From the NCBI RefSeq assembly GCF_039654945.1, contig NW_027361932.1, positions 17,174,001 through 17,238,000 on the forward strand: DNA of 64,000 bases, in the 5' to 3' direction. The notes beneath the pieces are model-generated. The model was not told where the DNA came from, did no database searches, and worked only from the letters and a program-made list of their open reading frames with translations. This document shows, piece by piece, positions 61,941-64,000 of this stretch. Every line of letters starts with the position of its first letter. Position 1 is the stretch's first letter. The DNA is from Dendrobates tinctorius (Eukaryota). The position numbers and the translations under genes were made by a program.

Positions 61941-64000
61941 TGGCCTGGCAGGCAATGTGAAAGGACTCAGGGTCTGTTTCTCCCTCTGGTGCCTGGAGTA
62001 ATCCGCAGCCCCGCTGACACCACAGATATCCTCGGCCGGACGATCAGATAGATAAGGGGGGAGACTACCTGCAGCTGCATTCTGAAGCCCTGGTGAGGAG
62101 CCATGACCCGCCGGATACAGAAAAATGCAGGAAGGGGAGATGTACTCAGCTCACAAGATGGAGCTGAGGCAAGGAAGGAGGCGGAGAGAGCCAACACTGA
62201 ATGTCAGAGACGTATGGAGGCTCCAGCTAAGCTGAAGAAGTTTGCTAGAACTGAGGAGGATTCCCTGCGATCTAGAGGTAAACAAGGGGAGGAGGAGGAG
62301 AATGATTCAGAGGATTCCCTGGGAGAGATGGGGAGGAAGAGGAGCAGCCGCAAAATGGAGGAACTGTGGTGGGGGCAGGTGAGACCCAGAAGGCAGGGGA
62401 GGATCATGAGAATCCCACACTTAAGGACATATTTGCCGCGGTCTCCTTTTGTAAGAATGCCTTAACCACGCTGTCACAGCAGGTTCTGGGAATTCAATCT
62501 GAAGTGGCTGGTTTAAAAAAAGATATGAAAAAAGCTGATACCAGAACAGAAGAGGTAGAAAAGAGAGTGGGGCAAGCAGAGGACCACATCACTAAACTCC
62601 AGAAAGCAGAAAAAAGATTCGCTCAGCAAATCTCTGAAATAGTGGGCAAAAATGATGATCTAGAGAATCACTCTAGACGTAATAATATAAGGATTGTTGG
62701 CCTCCCGGAAAAATCCGAAGGGAGAAACCCCACAGAATTTATGGAAGAGTGGCTTAGGGAGAAATTTGGCACAGATACTCAGACCAAGTTTTTTGCTGTG
62801 GAGCGTGCACACAGAGTTCCCATGCAGCCACAACCACCGGGTAGGGGACCACGTACTATGCTCGCTACGCTTCTCCATTATAGGGATAGAGACATAATTC
62901 TAAGGAGGGCGAGAGAGATGGAGGATCTTGCCATGAATGGTGAAAAAGTAGCTATCTACCCAGACTTTTCTATTGCAGTCCAAAAACAGCGTATGCAATT
63001 TGGAGGAGTGAAGAAGCGTCTTGGAGAGCTGGGAGTGCAGTACTCCATGATTTTCCCAGCTAAACTAAGGGTGGTGGCGCTTGATAAAGTGCAATTTTTC
63101 ATCGATCCGATAGAAGCTAACCAATGGATTGACATTAATGCACATAAATTCCAGGGGAAGACATGAGCTGGAATTAATTGATTAGTCAAGAGGACTATGC
63201 CTGAGATTGTCGGCTGAGGACATATTACATCTTTCAGTGTCTCGCAAGGAATTCTTAACCGTTTTTTTTCATGTCGAAGAACTGATTTTTGGTAGGCTTC
63301 GGTCTTGTTCCTGGTTTTCCTGTTTTGTTTTTTTTGCTGTTTTTTTTTTTTTTGCCATCGGTTCTTTGGCCCTTTTATTATACGCCTCTTGATCTCCTGA
63401 ATATGATCTTCTTTAGATCCACTTAGTTCGGGAAATGGGTTTGATGGACATTTGGAGGGTAAGAAATGACGGGAAACTGCTTCTCCTGCTATTCAGCTTC
63501 TTATAATACCCTATCTCGCATCGACATGGCATTAGCTAATGCGTTGATGAATGCAGTGGTGGGGGAAGTGCAATACTTACCGAGAGTGATCTCGGACCAC
63601 AGTCCCATCCTTGTGTCCATTAAACGGGAGCGTTTGAGAGGGGGGATAAGGGGAGAGTGGAAGTTACATCCGGCCTGGATACAACATATAAATATGCAGG
63701 GCATCATGCGGGAGATTGGGGAATTCTTTGTCCATAATGATGATAGTGCTCACCCTCTGGTGGTATGGAACGCCATGAAGGCATATCTCCGGGGAATTCT
63801 ATACAGGGATATATGTAGGAGAAAGACACAAACTAAGCGAGATGAGGTGGATAGTCTGGAAGTCCTAACTAGGGCGGAAATAGAAGTGGCACAGCACGCT
63901 ACACCTGACACTCAACTGACACTTAGGCAGGCACATGAAAGGGTCAATAGGTTACTACTAGATAAAGCAACTAAGAAGCAGGCTTTTCAGAAGATTAGAT
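61940..64000 (+). mobile_element. L1-clade LINE: 5' UTR, ORF1 (62103-63166, one frameshift), start of deleted/decayed ORF2
   Basis: ORF1 coiled coil, SRRNNIRIVGLPE, VERAHR, IYPDFS, YSMIFPAKL; APE motifs SRIDMAL and SDHSPI at ~63510-63615. Confidence 0.92.

Overview
Vertebrate genomic DNA, almost certainly a frog. This is inferred from the TE repertoire (DIRS, T2/Kolobok MITEs, TTAA-CCCC elements, V-SINE, Penelope); a dendrobatid-like genome is plausible but unproven. There are two host genes on the + strand: the last two coding exons of a divergent MIF-family gene (644-1923, GC-AG intron) and a complete 15-exon DDX51 DEAD-box helicase gene (ATG 17683 to TAA 59521, 719 aa by my exon sum). Between them lie a chromovirus-type Gypsy remnant, a purine-rich repeat with a 129-N gap, a ~30-bp minisatellite and a full-length decayed Gypsy provirus (7030-17081). 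The provirus contains a hAT element, which contains a solo LTR. DDX51 introns 11 and 12 are inflated by three DIRS retrotransposons (one nested in another), a mini-DIRS hairpin, TTAA piggyBac-type elements with telomere-like and ~390-bp repeats, and an inverted Penelope insertion with hammerhead-like motifs. An L1-type element starts near 61940. Most notable: the youngest DIRS (50699-56241) appears to have a spliced ORF1, a UGA-CUAG readthrough context into RT, and a 22-bp micro-inversion across the recombinase catalytic Arg motif.
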